Assembly (NCBI GenBank): GCA_963840665.1
Contig: CAWIZO010000005.1
Coordinates: forward strand, 200,820 to 232,819
Direction: 5' to 3'
DNA length: 32,000 nt
Source: Terriglobia bacterium
Lineage (GTDB): Bacteria; Acidobacteriota; Terriglobia; Terriglobales; Acidobacteriaceae
Below the pieces are notes generated by a model. The model was not told the origin of the DNA. It made no database searches and worked only from the letters and a program-made list of their open reading frames with translations. Made by a program: the position numbers and the translations under genes. Positions 17,129-25,988 of this stretch are shown here, in pieces. Positions within the stretch are counted from its first letter, which is position 1, and each line of letters opens with the position of its first letter.

Positions 17129-17812
17129 TCAAGAGCGTTTTTGAATTTCGATTACGTCGCTTCCCTTTCCTATAAGGACTACATCCGCCATTCCGATGAA
17201 CAGGCCGTGTTCGACGACTCCTGGCATGTTCGCCAAAGTGTTTGCCAGGGCAGCGGCATCCTTGATCTGACCAAAGGCGCAATCGAGGATGCGGTGTCCT
17301 TCGTCGGTGCGGTAGAGCGTCCCGTCCTTCGCTTTTCGCAGGGAAACGGTGGCGCCCATCGCGGTGATTTTGCGAGTCAGAAGACTTTGAGCGAAAGGAA
17401 TGACCTCGACAGGAAGCGGAAAGCGGCCAAGAACCGGAACCTGCTTGCTCGCATCTGAAACGACCACAAACTTTCGAGAGGCTGAGGCGACGATTTTTTC
17501 GCGGAGGAGCGCTCCTCCGCCGCCTTTGATGAGATTCAGTTGTGGATCGAATTCGTCCGCTCCGTCGATGTCGACGTCGATCTCGTCGACTTCATCGAGT
17601 GTGGTTAGCGGTATGCCGTACTTCTCCGCAAGTTGTTGCGAATGGATCGAGGTCGGGATACCGCGAACTTTGAGTCCCGCTTTTACCCGTTCTCCGAGAA
17701 ACTGAATGAAGTACGCCGCCGTTGAACCGGTGCCCAGGCCGACGACTTGGCCGTCTTTTATGAACTGCAGGCTGGCGCGAGCCGCCGCTTGCTTTTCGAG
17801 ATCGTTTGACAT
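17129..17812 (-). CDS. rpiA: Ribose-5-phosphate isomerase A
   Basis: 227-aa ORF with GLGTGSTA, DGADE, KGGGGALLREK and GVVEHGLF motifs. Confidence 0.9.
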   Translation of the reverse strand: MSNDLEKQAAARASLQFIKDGQVVGLGTGSTAAYFIQFLGERVKAGLKVRGIPTSIHSQQLAEKYGIPLTTLDEVDEIDVDIDGADEFDPQLNLIKGGGGALLREKIVASASRKFVVVSDASKQVPVLGRFPLPVEVIPFAQSLLTRKITAMGATVSLRKAKDGTLYRTDEGHRILDCAFGQIKDAAALANTLANMPGVVEHGLFIGMADVVLIGKGSDVIEIQKRS

Positions 17813-17825
17813 GCGAGCGTAAAGA

Positions 17826-18641
17826 CTAACAGCCCAGCATCTTTCCCAGAAGCTCTTTCAAAATCTTCCCACAAACCGCGGAAGTAAGTTCCGAGACATC
17901 GCGCTTAGGATTGTATTCGACGATGTCGGCTCCCACGATGTTTCCGGTAATTTGATGCAGGTGCCGCATGGCCTCGCGCACGGTCATGCCTCCGGGCTCT
18001 CGGTGCGAAACGCCGGGGGCGAATGCGGGATCGAGCACATCGAGATCGAAAGAGATGTAGACAGGACCGGCGCGCTTGAGGCGCTCGAAGTTGGGGAGAG
18101 TCTCCATTTCCATAACCTGCACGCCGAAGCGCTCCGCCTGCTTCTTCTGATGACGATTCATGGTGCGGATTCCGAGTTGGATGAGTTGTTTCGCCAACCC
18201 GTCTTCCATGATGCGGGCGAAAGGGCTGGCGTGCGAGCAGCGATTCCCTTGAAATTCGTCGTAAAGGTCGGGGTGGGCGTCGAAGTGGATGATGCTGATC
18301 GCGGGATATTTCTTGTGGAAGGCTTTCAGAATCGGATAGGTGATGGAATGATCTCCGCCAAGGCAGATGGGGCGCTGATTCTTGTCGAGCAATTCTCCGA
18401 CGGCCTTCTCGATCTCGGCAAAGGCGTTGGCTTCTGAAAGCTTGAGGTCTCCCGCATCGACGAAAGGCTGACGTTCGAGATCGGTGCCAGCCTCGGTGCA
18501 CATGTTCGAGGAATCGCAGCGAAATCCTTCGCGAATGAGTGGCGGGGCTTCTGCGGCTCCGCGCAGATAAGAAGAATTGGCGTCAAAGGGAATGCCCAGC
18601 AGAACCGGAACTCCCTTGCCTTCTACCTGAGCCGTTGACAT
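17826..18641 (-). CDS. speB: Agmatinase/ureohydrolase (arginase superfamily)
   Basis: Part of ORF 17826..18713; I chose the start at ATG 18641 (MSTAQVEGKGVP..). Mn-binding motifs of the arginase fold are present: GGDHSITYP, HFDAHPD, SFDLDVLDP and GADIVEYNP. Substrate specificity is not determinable from sequence alone. Confidence 0.75.
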   Translation of the reverse strand: MSTAQVEGKGVPVLLGIPFDANSSYLRGAAEAPPLIREGFRCDSSNMCTEAGTDLERQPFVDAGDLKLSEANAFAEIEKAVGELLDKNQRPICLGGDHSITYPILKAFHKKYPAISIIHFDAHPDLYDEFQGNRCSHASPFARIMEDGLAKQLIQLGIRTMNRHQKKQAERFGVQVMEMETLPNFERLKRAGPVYISFDLDVLDPAFAPGVSHREPGGMTVREAMRHLHQITGNIVGADIVEYNPKRDVSELTSAVCGKILKELLGKMLGC

Positions 18642-18726
18642 GATAGGTGCCCCCTGAGGAAACCGAAGAAGATTGTAGTGGATGCGGGGGCCGCGATGGC
18701 AAGATTGCCGCAAGGGGTGTGAGCGG

Positions 18727-19899
18727 ATGGCACTGGAAACAACTTTCTATCGCGATCTTGCTTACGTATTCGGCGCGGCCGTGGCCGGTGGTGCCGTGGC
18801 CAAGGCTTTGCGCCAGCCGCTGATTCTGGGATACGTGCTGGGCGGGATTCTGATCGGGCCATTCACTCCGGGTTTTCAGGTTCATGAACTCCATGAATTC
18901 GAATTGCTGGCGGAAGTTGGAGTGATGCTGCTGATGTACTCGATTGGGCTGGAGTTTTCCTTTCGCGAGTTGTTGCAGGTGAAGTGGATCGCGATTCTCG
19001 GCGCGCCGATCGGGATCGCGCTTTCCATCCTGATGGGATACGGAGCCGCCCGACTTTTAGGCTGGAGCTCGGTGCAAGGTGTGGCGGTTGGAGCGGTAAT
19101 CGCCGTAGCCAGCACTATGGTGCTCTCGAAATTCCTGGCGGAGATGGGAGAGTTGCGAAGCTTGCAAGGGCAGGTGATGATCGGCATCACACTGGTTGAG
19201 GATTTGGCAGTAGTGATGCTGACCGTGTTACTGCCATCGTTCACTGACATTAGCCCTGACAAAGTCCGAGGGGTGGTGTTTGCGGTCGGCAAGGCTTTAT
19301 TGATTCTGACGCCCGTGATTCTGATCGCGGCTAAGCTCGTGCCCAAGCTGATGAGAAGGGTTGCGGCTAAGGGCAGCGAAGAGCTGTATTTGCTGGTCGT
19401 GCTGGCTTTAGGATTCGCTACCGCTGCGATCACGCAGGCGGTGGGCCTGTCATTGGCGCTGGGAGCGTTCCTGGCGGGCATGATTGTGAGCGAAGCCGAG
19501 ATGACGCACCGCATGCTGCACCAACTGCTTCCCTTGCGAGATGCGTTCGTAGCGTTGTTTTTCGTAACTATTGGAGCGCTGGTTGATCCGAGAGTTCTGA
19601 TTTCGCACCCGACCTTGTGGATCTCGATCGTGGTGATGACGATGGCCGGCAAGTTTGTCATCTGGACGCTGGTGGTCTGGATCTTTCGCTATCCATTTCG
19701 TACCGCTTTGCTGGTAGGCGTGGGGCTGACACAGATCGGCGAGTTCTCGTATGTACTGGTACGGGTGGCGCGCGACGCCCAACTAGTGGGAAACGACGTC
19801 TACAACGCTACCCTCGCGGCATCAGTGGTTACGATCGTATTGAACGGGCTCTTGCTGCGCGCCGTGCGGCCCCACCCCACCAAGACTGCCGCTGCCTGA
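18727..19899 (+). CDS. Cation:proton antiporter (CPA2/Kef-type membrane domain)
   Basis: Part of ORF 18682..19899; I chose the start at ATG 18727 (MALETTFYRDLAYVFG..). The protein is polytopic and hydrophobic, with LILGYVLGGILIGP and LGAFLAGM motifs typical of Na+/H+ exchanger-family proteins. Confidence 0.75.
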   Translation: MALETTFYRDLAYVFGAAVAGGAVAKALRQPLILGYVLGGILIGPFTPGFQVHELHEFELLAEVGVMLLMYSIGLEFSFRELLQVKWIAILGAPIGIALSILMGYGAARLLGWSSVQGVAVGAVIAVASTMVLSKFLAEMGELRSLQGQVMIGITLVEDLAVVMLTVLLPSFTDISPDKVRGVVFAVGKALLILTPVILIAAKLVPKLMRRVAAKGSEELYLLVVLALGFATAAITQAVGLSLALGAFLAGMIVSEAEMTHRMLHQLLPLRDAFVALFFVTIGALVDPRVLISHPTLWISIVVMTMAGKFVIWTLVVWIFRYPFRTALLVGVGLTQIGEFSYVLVRVARDAQLVGNDVYNATLAASVVTIVLNGLLLRAVRPHPTKTAAA

Positions 19900-19956
19900 C
19901 GGGCTAGCCGAATCCGGGACACAATCGCCGTCATCCTTTATTCTAGTAGTGAATTT

Positions 19957-22455
19957 ATGGCGACAAAATCAAAGGCACTGACGGGCTCCGGCGCGACCGG
20001 AGTATTGGAAGCAACGAACGGCGAGCGCGAGCGTGTGTTTGAAGCATTCCGGCGATGGGGATATCTGGAAGCGGATTTGGATCCGTTGGGATTTCTGCGT
20101 CCGGTGGCTTATCCCGAGTTGCAGATTTCGGGTGAGGCAGCGCGCGAAGCTCGCAGCATTTATTGCGGGACCGTGGGGGTCGAGTTTGCGCACATTGCCG
20201 ATCCCGAGCGGCGGCGCTGGATTCAGGAGCAGATGGAGGCGACGCCTGCACCGGTTGATCAAGCGCGAGTATTGGATCTCTTAATTCGCGGAGATCTGTT
20301 TGAGCAGGTGCTGCAACAGCGCTACCTGGGAACCAAGCGCTTCTCGCTGGAGGGGGTCACTGCGTTGTTGCCCCTGGTGGACGAGATTCTGGATGTCGCA
20401 GGGCAGCAAGGCGCGGTTGAGTTGGTGATGGGGATGAGCCATCGCGGACGTCTCAACGTGATTGTGCACGTCGCGAAGCGTCCGGCAGAGGAAGTGTTTG
20501 CCGGGTTTGAAGACGTCGATCCGCGGAGTGTCCTGGGCGGCGGCGACGTCAAATATCACATGGGCGCGACCGGCGAGTACGAGACACGCAGCGGCGCGAA
20601 GATTCACATCCACCTGGTTTCGAATCCCAGCCATCTGGAAGCGGTCGATCCGGTTACTGTCGGCAGGACGAAGGCCAAGCAGGATCGCGCAGGCGAGGGC
20701 GGAGACAAGAAATTTCTGCCACTGCTTGTGCACGGCGATGGAGCTTTCGCCGGCCAAGGGATTTTCGCCGAGACGTTGAACTACGCTGACCTTCCCGGAT
20801 ACACCGTAGGTGGCACGGTTCATGTCATCGTGAATAACTTGCTGGGATTCACGACGCTGAGCCGCGAGCTGCAGTCCGCGCGATTCTCGGCGCAGTTGGC
20901 GCGACGGCAGGAGATTCCCATCTTCCATGTGAATGCCGAAGACGTCGACGCCGTCGTGCGCGTGGGACGCATAGCGCTTGAGTATCGCTATAAGTTCGGC
21001 AGCGATGTGGTCATCGACATGATCGGGTACCGGCGGCATGGACACAGCGAAGTGGATGATCCGACGGTGACCCAGCCACTGCTCTATAAGGCGATTAAGG
21101 ATCATCCGCCGCTGTGGGAGATTTATGCCGAGGACAGCGAAGCCGCAAACGCGCAAGATCGGGTGAACGCGATTAAGGCGGAGTTGGAAGCGGCGCAGAA
21201 ACAAGCGGGAACACTGACCAAGAAGCCTACCCTGCGAGATTTGCCCAGCTATTGGGACAAGTTTGAAGGCGGGCGGTACAAGTCCGAATACGAAGTGAGT
21301 ACCGGTTTGCCTGCGAGTGAACTGCAACAGTTGACCGAGCGGCTGACGACGTATCCTGCGGGTTTTCACATTCACCCGAAGGTGAAGAAGCTTCTGGAAC
21401 AGCGGGCTGAAATGGGAGCGGGTAAGCGGCCCGTCGATTACGGAATGGCCGAGGCTTTGGCCTTCGCGAGCTTGGTGAAAGCTGGCACGCCGGTGCGGTT
21501 GAGTGGACAGGATTGCCGTCGCGGGACGTTCAATCAACGGCATTCCATGCTGCTCGACGTCGAGAACGAGCAGGAATATGTACCGCTCGAGAACATTTCG
21601 TCGGGTCAGGCGCGATGCGACATTTATAATTCGACACTTTCCGAAGCCGGTGTGCTCGGCTTCGAATATGGCTATAGCCGCGACTATCCGGAAACGCTGG
21701 TCTTGTGGGAAGCGCAGTTCGGCGATTTCGCGAACGTCGCGCAGGCGGTGATTGATCAGTTCGTGAGCGCGGGCGAAGACAAGTGGGGATTACTGTCAGG
21801 CGTCGTTCTGCTTCTTCCGCATGGCTATGAAGGACAAGGGCCGGAGCATTCAAGCGCGCGCATTGAGCGGTATCTGCAATTGGCGGCGCGCGACAATTTT
21901 CAGGTCTGCCAGCCGTCGAATGCAGCGCAGTACTTCCATTTGCTGCGGCGGCAAGCGTTGCGGTCCTGGCGGAAACCGTTGGTGGTGTTTACGCCGAAGA
22001 GCATGCTGCGGCATCCGGATGCGTCCTCGCCGATTGAGGACTTCACGAATAAACGGTTCGAGACCGTGATCGCCGATTCATCAGTTACCGACGCGAAACG
22101 TATATTGATCTGCACCGGAAAAATTGGTCACGAGTTGGCGATTGAGCGCAGGAAGAGAAAAGATGACAAAACGGCGATCATATTTCTGGAGCAGATGTAT
22201 CCATTCCCGGAAGAAGAGCTGACGATGGCGATCGATCAGCATCAGTCGGCGCGCGAAGTGGTGTGGGTGCAGGAAGAGCCAGCCAACATGGGAGCCATGT
22301 CGCATGTGATGCCGCGCCTGCGGCGCGTGGCGGGAGAGCGCGCTGTGCTTTCGGTAAAGCGATCGGCGAGCGCGAGTCCGGCAACGGGTTCCGCCAAGGC
22401 GCATGAAATGGAGCAGAAGACGATTCTGACGCTGGCATTCGACATGAAATCGTAA
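19957..22455 (+). CDS. sucA: 2-oxoglutarate dehydrogenase E1 component
   Basis: 832-aa ORF with GTKRFSLEG, GMSHRGRLNV, VHGDGAFAGQG, GYRRHGHSEVD, GQDCRRGTF, LWEAQFGDF and LLPHGYEGQGPEHSS motifs. Confidence 0.9.
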   Translation: MATKSKALTGSGATGVLEATNGERERVFEAFRRWGYLEADLDPLGFLRPVAYPELQISGEAAREARSIYCGTVGVEFAHIADPERRRWIQEQMEATPAPVDQARVLDLLIRGDLFEQVLQQRYLGTKRFSLEGVTALLPLVDEILDVAGQQGAVELVMGMSHRGRLNVIVHVAKRPAEEVFAGFEDVDPRSVLGGGDVKYHMGATGEYETRSGAKIHIHLVSNPSHLEAVDPVTVGRTKAKQDRAGEGGDKKFLPLLVHGDGAFAGQGIFAETLNYADLPGYTVGGTVHVIVNNLLGFTTLSRELQSARFSAQLARRQEIPIFHVNAEDVDAVVRVGRIALEYRYKFGSDVVIDMIGYRRHGHSEVDDPTVTQPLLYKAIKDHPPLWEIYAEDSEAANAQDRVNAIKAELEAAQKQAGTLTKKPTLRDLPSYWDKFEGGRYKSEYEVSTGLPASELQQLTERLTTYPAGFHIHPKVKKLLEQRAEMGAGKRPVDYGMAEALAFASLVKAGTPVRLSGQDCRRGTFNQRHSMLLDVENEQEYVPLENISSGQARCDIYNSTLSEAGVLGFEYGYSRDYPETLVLWEAQFGDFANVAQAVIDQFVSAGEDKWGLLSGVVLLLPHGYEGQGPEHSSARIERYLQLAARDNFQVCQPSNAAQYFHLLRRQALRSWRKPLVVFTPKSMLRHPDASSPIEDFTNKRFETVIADSSVTDAKRILICTGKIGHELAIERRKRKDDKTAIIFLEQMYPFPEEELTMAIDQHQSAREVVWVQEEPANMGAMSHVMPRLRRVAGERAVLSVKRSASASPATGSAKAHEMEQKTILTLAFDMKS

Positions 22456-22492
22456 GATCCACCACAGAGACACAGAATCACAGAGAGGACCT

Positions 22493-23104
22493 TTATTTTT
22501 CTTGGGGTCGTTCAGTTACTGGCTTCTCTCCTGCGCCCGGCAGCCGCACTTTCGCTCCTCCTGCGGCTTCATCTTTCAGCAAAATCTCAGTGTTCGGATA
22601 GGCGTAGATGGTGGGCGCATGGTTTTGCATGAGGCCTCCCGTGTCGGCGGTGGGACCGTAGTTGCTATGCAGATCGTGAGCTAACATGCGCAGCATCGCC
22701 ATTTGTTGGCCGCGATGATGGGCAGTGTGATTCAGGCGGCGGGTCATTACCCAGGCGCGCGAGCGGCGGACGTCAAAGAACGTAACAATTTCTTCCCACC
22801 AAGTGTCATTCTTATCTTTCAGCACGGCGAGGCGTTTGGCGCTATCTTCGGCGTAGCGCTTCATGAATTCCATACGCGTCTCGGATTTCGGCAACGGCGG
22901 CGCGCTGACGTCGATGCCCAGCATGGTGCGAAACCAAAGGTCTTCACTCACACATTGGTGAACCATTTGTTCGTGGACGCTGCGTCCGCGGGGGTCAGTG
23001 GGATGCGGACGGAAGGGCAGATCCGTGTCTTTAAATTCGCTCCAGACGCTGACGACCTTTTCGCGCTCGGTGGCGTAGGTTTCAACGAGAAAATCGTAAG
23101 GCAT
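22493..23104 (-). CDS. DinB-family (four-helix-bundle, metal-binding) protein
   Basis: 203-aa ORF. It has the DinB-like pattern, including HQCVSEDLW and LNHTAHHRGQQMAMLR histidine motifs. Confidence 0.65.
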   Translation of the reverse strand: MPYDFLVETYATEREKVVSVWSEFKDTDLPFRPHPTDPRGRSVHEQMVHQCVSEDLWFRTMLGIDVSAPPLPKSETRMEFMKRYAEDSAKRLAVLKDKNDTWWEEIVTFFDVRRSRAWVMTRRLNHTAHHRGQQMAMLRMLAHDLHSNYGPTADTGGLMQNHAPTIYAYPNTEILLKDEAAGGAKVRLPGAGEKPVTERPQEK

Positions 23105-23177
23105 GGGGGACCTCGGCTTCAGGCTCTAGGTTACTGATGCTCGAACGCGGCAAATGGTACCCTAATTCCCCAATTGC

Positions 23178-25247
23178 ATGGCACGTGCAAAGACAGTTTC
23201 GCTTCGCGTTGCGATCGACACCGGAGGCACGTTTACCGACTGCGTGTGGGTGGAGCGCGGGCGAGTGCGGATGGTCAAGGTATTCTCGACTCCTCAAGAC
23301 CCATCGCGAGCGATTGTCAAAGTACTCGAGAAGATTGGCGTCACGGGTTCACTGGTCTTGCTGCATGGCACGACCGTCGGGACCAATACGCTTCTGCAGC
23401 GCAAAGGTGCGAGAGTAGCACTGGTCACCACTGAGGGATTCGAAGACGCCATTGAGATCGGACGGCAGGCGCGTCCTAAGCTTTACGATTTTTTCTTCGA
23501 TCGTGTCGAGCCGCTGGTGGCGGCAGACATGCGATTCCGGCTGGGAGAGAGGACGGATGGGCAGGGCGACGTACTGCTATCGCCTTCCCAGACCGAGTTG
23601 GAAGCTCTCTCCAGGAAAATCGAGCAGAAGGGTCCAGAGGCGATTGCGGTTTGCCTTCTCTTCTCGTTTGCGAATGCCGAAAATGAACAAGCCGCGGCTA
23701 GCGCGTTGAAGAAACTAGGCGTCCCTCTTTCTGTATCGCATGAAATCCTGCCGGAGTTCCGCGAATATGAGCGCATGAGCACGGTGGCGATGAATGCGTA
23801 CCTGCAGCCGGTCATGCAACGCTATCTAGGAAATCTACGGGACAGTGTGCGGTCCTTCCCTCAGAAGCTAAAGCCCAAATCTCCGGCAGTTGGCGGCACG
23901 GCTGAAGCCGTGCCCTTCCCGCACGCGAAGATGTTTGTAATGCAGTCAAATGGCGGCATCACCGGCCTGGAGTCGGCGGCGAGAGAACCGGTGCGCACCG
24001 TGCTTTCGGGCCCAGCGGGAGGCGTGGTGGGAGCGGCGGCCATGGCAAGGCGCAGCGGGTTCGACCGCATCATCTCTTTTGATATGGGTGGCACCTCGAC
24101 GGACGTTGCACTTGTGGATCGCGAAATGCGAACTGGCAGCCAGGCTGAGGTAGCGGGACTGCCCGTGGGAGTGCCGATCCTCGACATTCACACAGTAGGC
24201 GCGGGCGGCGGTTCGATCGCGCGCTTCGACGCGGCGGGGGCGTTGCGCGTGGGGCCTGAGTCGGCGGGGGCAGATCCCGGTCCAATTTGTTACGGGCGCG
24301 GCACGCAGCCAACCGTGACGGACGCCAATCTGCTTTTGGGAAGGCTTCAACCAAAGCGCTTTCTGGGCGGGGACTTCACGCTCGACCTGGAGCGGACACG
24401 GAGCGTGACTGCCGAGTGGCTGAAGAAGACGCGCAGCGCGATGAGTCTCGAGCAATTCTCGGCCGGCGTGATTCGCGTTGCGAACGCGACCATGGAAAAG
24501 GCGATTCGCGTGGTTTCGATCGAACGGGGATATGATCCGCGGGAATTTGCGCTGGTTGCTTTTGGTGGAGCGGGCGGCCTGCATGCCTGTGAACTTGCGG
24601 AGGCGCTGGGGATTCCGCAGGTCATCGTGCCGGCGCTCCCGGGAGCGCTGTCTGCATTCGGCATTCTAGTAAGCGATGTGGCAAAAGATTATTCGCGCAC
24701 GGTTTTGTGGCGGGTTTCCGAAAAGCTTCCGGTCAGCGAGTTGAAGAAAGAATTCGCGACATTGCGGAAACGCTCCGAAGGCGATTTTCGCGCGGAAGGC
24801 TGGGTGGGGAAACTCCAACACGCCTTCAGTGTGGACTTGCGATATCGCGGACAAGGATACGAGTTGAATGTTCCTTATTCCCCGCGGCTCATCCAGAGTC
24901 TCCGGAAGGCGCATGAGCGGCGATACGGTTATGCCTATCCGGACCGCGAGGTAGAACTGGTCACGCTTCATTTGCGAACGACGTTGCGATCTCCGCAGGC
25001 GGAACTGGGAGCGAACAGCAAGGGTGTCCAGGTTCAAGGAACCAAGGGCGAACGAACACAACTATTTTTTAGCGGCAGGAAAGCTTTGTCCACGATTTAC
25101 GGGCGAGAGGAGTTGCAAACCGGCAAAGTCTACCGAGGCCCGGCAGTGGTGACAGAGTACAGCGCCACAACCGCCGTGCCGCCAGGCAAGGCTTTCCGGC
25201 GGGACATTGCGGGAAACCTGATCATCCGGATCGGAAAATCGCGGTGA
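23178..25247 (+). CDS. Hydantoinase A/oxoprolinase family protein (HyuA-like)
   Basis: 689-aa ORF. The N-terminus reads VAIDTGGTFTDCV, followed by HGTTVGTNTLLQRKG, SFDMGGTSTDV, HTVGAGGGSIA and AFGGAGGLHA, all typical of the ATP-dependent hydantoinase A / 5-oxoprolinase A family. No HyuB-like partner lies adjacent. Confidence 0.8.
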   Translation: MARAKTVSLRVAIDTGGTFTDCVWVERGRVRMVKVFSTPQDPSRAIVKVLEKIGVTGSLVLLHGTTVGTNTLLQRKGARVALVTTEGFEDAIEIGRQARPKLYDFFFDRVEPLVAADMRFRLGERTDGQGDVLLSPSQTELEALSRKIEQKGPEAIAVCLLFSFANAENEQAAASALKKLGVPLSVSHEILPEFREYERMSTVAMNAYLQPVMQRYLGNLRDSVRSFPQKLKPKSPAVGGTAEAVPFPHAKMFVMQSNGGITGLESAAREPVRTVLSGPAGGVVGAAAMARRSGFDRIISFDMGGTSTDVALVDREMRTGSQAEVAGLPVGVPILDIHTVGAGGGSIARFDAAGALRVGPESAGADPGPICYGRGTQPTVTDANLLLGRLQPKRFLGGDFTLDLERTRSVTAEWLKKTRSAMSLEQFSAGVIRVANATMEKAIRVVSIERGYDPREFALVAFGGAGGLHACELAEALGIPQVIVPALPGALSAFGILVSDVAKDYSRTVLWRVSEKLPVSELKKEFATLRKRSEGDFRAEGWVGKLQHAFSVDLRYRGQGYELNVPYSPRLIQSLRKAHERRYGYAYPDREVELVTLHLRTTLRSPQAELGANSKGVQVQGTKGERTQLFFSGRKALSTIYGREELQTGKVYRGPAVVTEYSATTAVPPGKAFRRDIAGNLIIRIGKSR

Positions 25248-25289
25248 CAGTCGCGATCACTAGGTAACCTGAGAGGCGACGGCTACAAT

Positions 25290-25988
25290 ATGCACGTGAA
25301 ACCAAGCATTTTTGTAGTGGAAGATGATCCCGACATCTCGCGATTGGTGCGTCACCACCTAGAGGCCGCCGGATTTGCTGTCAAGGTATTCCCCACCGGC
25401 GTCGCCGTGGTCAGCGAATCGGAAAAACAAAAGCCGGTTCTTTTCGTTCTCGACATCATGGTTCCGGGCAAAGACGGTCTGGAACTCTGCCGGCAGATTC
25501 GGCAGGCTCCGACTTTGGCCGCGACTCCCGTCATTTTTCTGACCGCGAAGAGTGGCGAGGCAGACCGGATCCTGGGGCTCGAGTTGGGTGCGGACGACTA
25601 CATTCCGAAGCCCTTCAGCCCGCGCGAACTGGTAGCGCGAGTGAAAGCCGTGCTGAGGCGGTTTGAGCGCCCGCTGCCCCAGTCGCCGATTCGCGTGGGT
25701 GATATCGAGATTGACCCCAGCGCCATGACCCTCATCGTGCGCGGCAACTCGATCACCACCACGGCAACCGAGTTTCGTCTGCTCGATTACTTCGCGCGCC
25801 ATCTGGGACGCGTTTTCACCCGCGATCAATTGCTCGATTCGGTGTGGCGCGATACCGCCTACGTCACTCCGCGTTCAGTGGATGTGTATGTGCGGCGCAT
25901 CCGCGAAAAAATTGAGCCGGACCCTGAGAATCCGCGCTATCTGAAGACGGTGAGAGGCGCCGGATACCGCTTCGAGGCGCCCAAGTGA
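25290..25988 (+). CDS. OmpR/PhoB-family response regulator
   Basis: It has a receiver domain (VVEDDPDI, LDIMVPGKDG, KPF) and a winged-helix domain (TATEFRLLDYF, VDVYVRRIREK, GAGYRF). Its stop codon overlaps the downstream kinase start (GTGA at 25985-25988). Confidence 0.85.
   Translation: MHVKPSIFVVEDDPDISRLVRHHLEAAGFAVKVFPTGVAVVSESEKQKPVLFVLDIMVPGKDGLELCRQIRQAPTLAATPVIFLTAKSGEADRILGLELGADDYIPKPFSPRELVARVKAVLRRFERPLPQSPIRVGDIEIDPSAMTLIVRGNSITTTATEFRLLDYFARHLGRVFTRDQLLDSVWRDTAYVTPRSVDVYVRRIREKIEPDPENPRYLKTVRGAGYRFEAPK

Noticed and set aside
18697-18712. Sigma-54-like TGGCAAGATTGCCGCA upstream of the antiporter gene, plus in-CDS matches near 19203 and 31365
   Set aside because: The predicted start would leave only a ~5-nt leader with no SD before ATG 18727. 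The other matches lie inside coding sequence and are expected by chance in GC-rich DNA.
20281-21543. 420-aa minus-strand ORF antisense to sucA
   Set aside because: It is Arg/His/Gln-rich and low in information, and it lies fully inside a well-supported sucA frame. It is an antisense shadow ORF.
25284-25296. TACAAT hexamer abutting the response-regulator ATG (a leaderless mRNA?)
   Set aside because: A -10 box ending at the start codon would place the transcription start inside the gene. No -35 element was seen. The hexamer also occurs by chance elsewhere (4705, and 13038 on the minus strand). It is not supportable from sequence alone.
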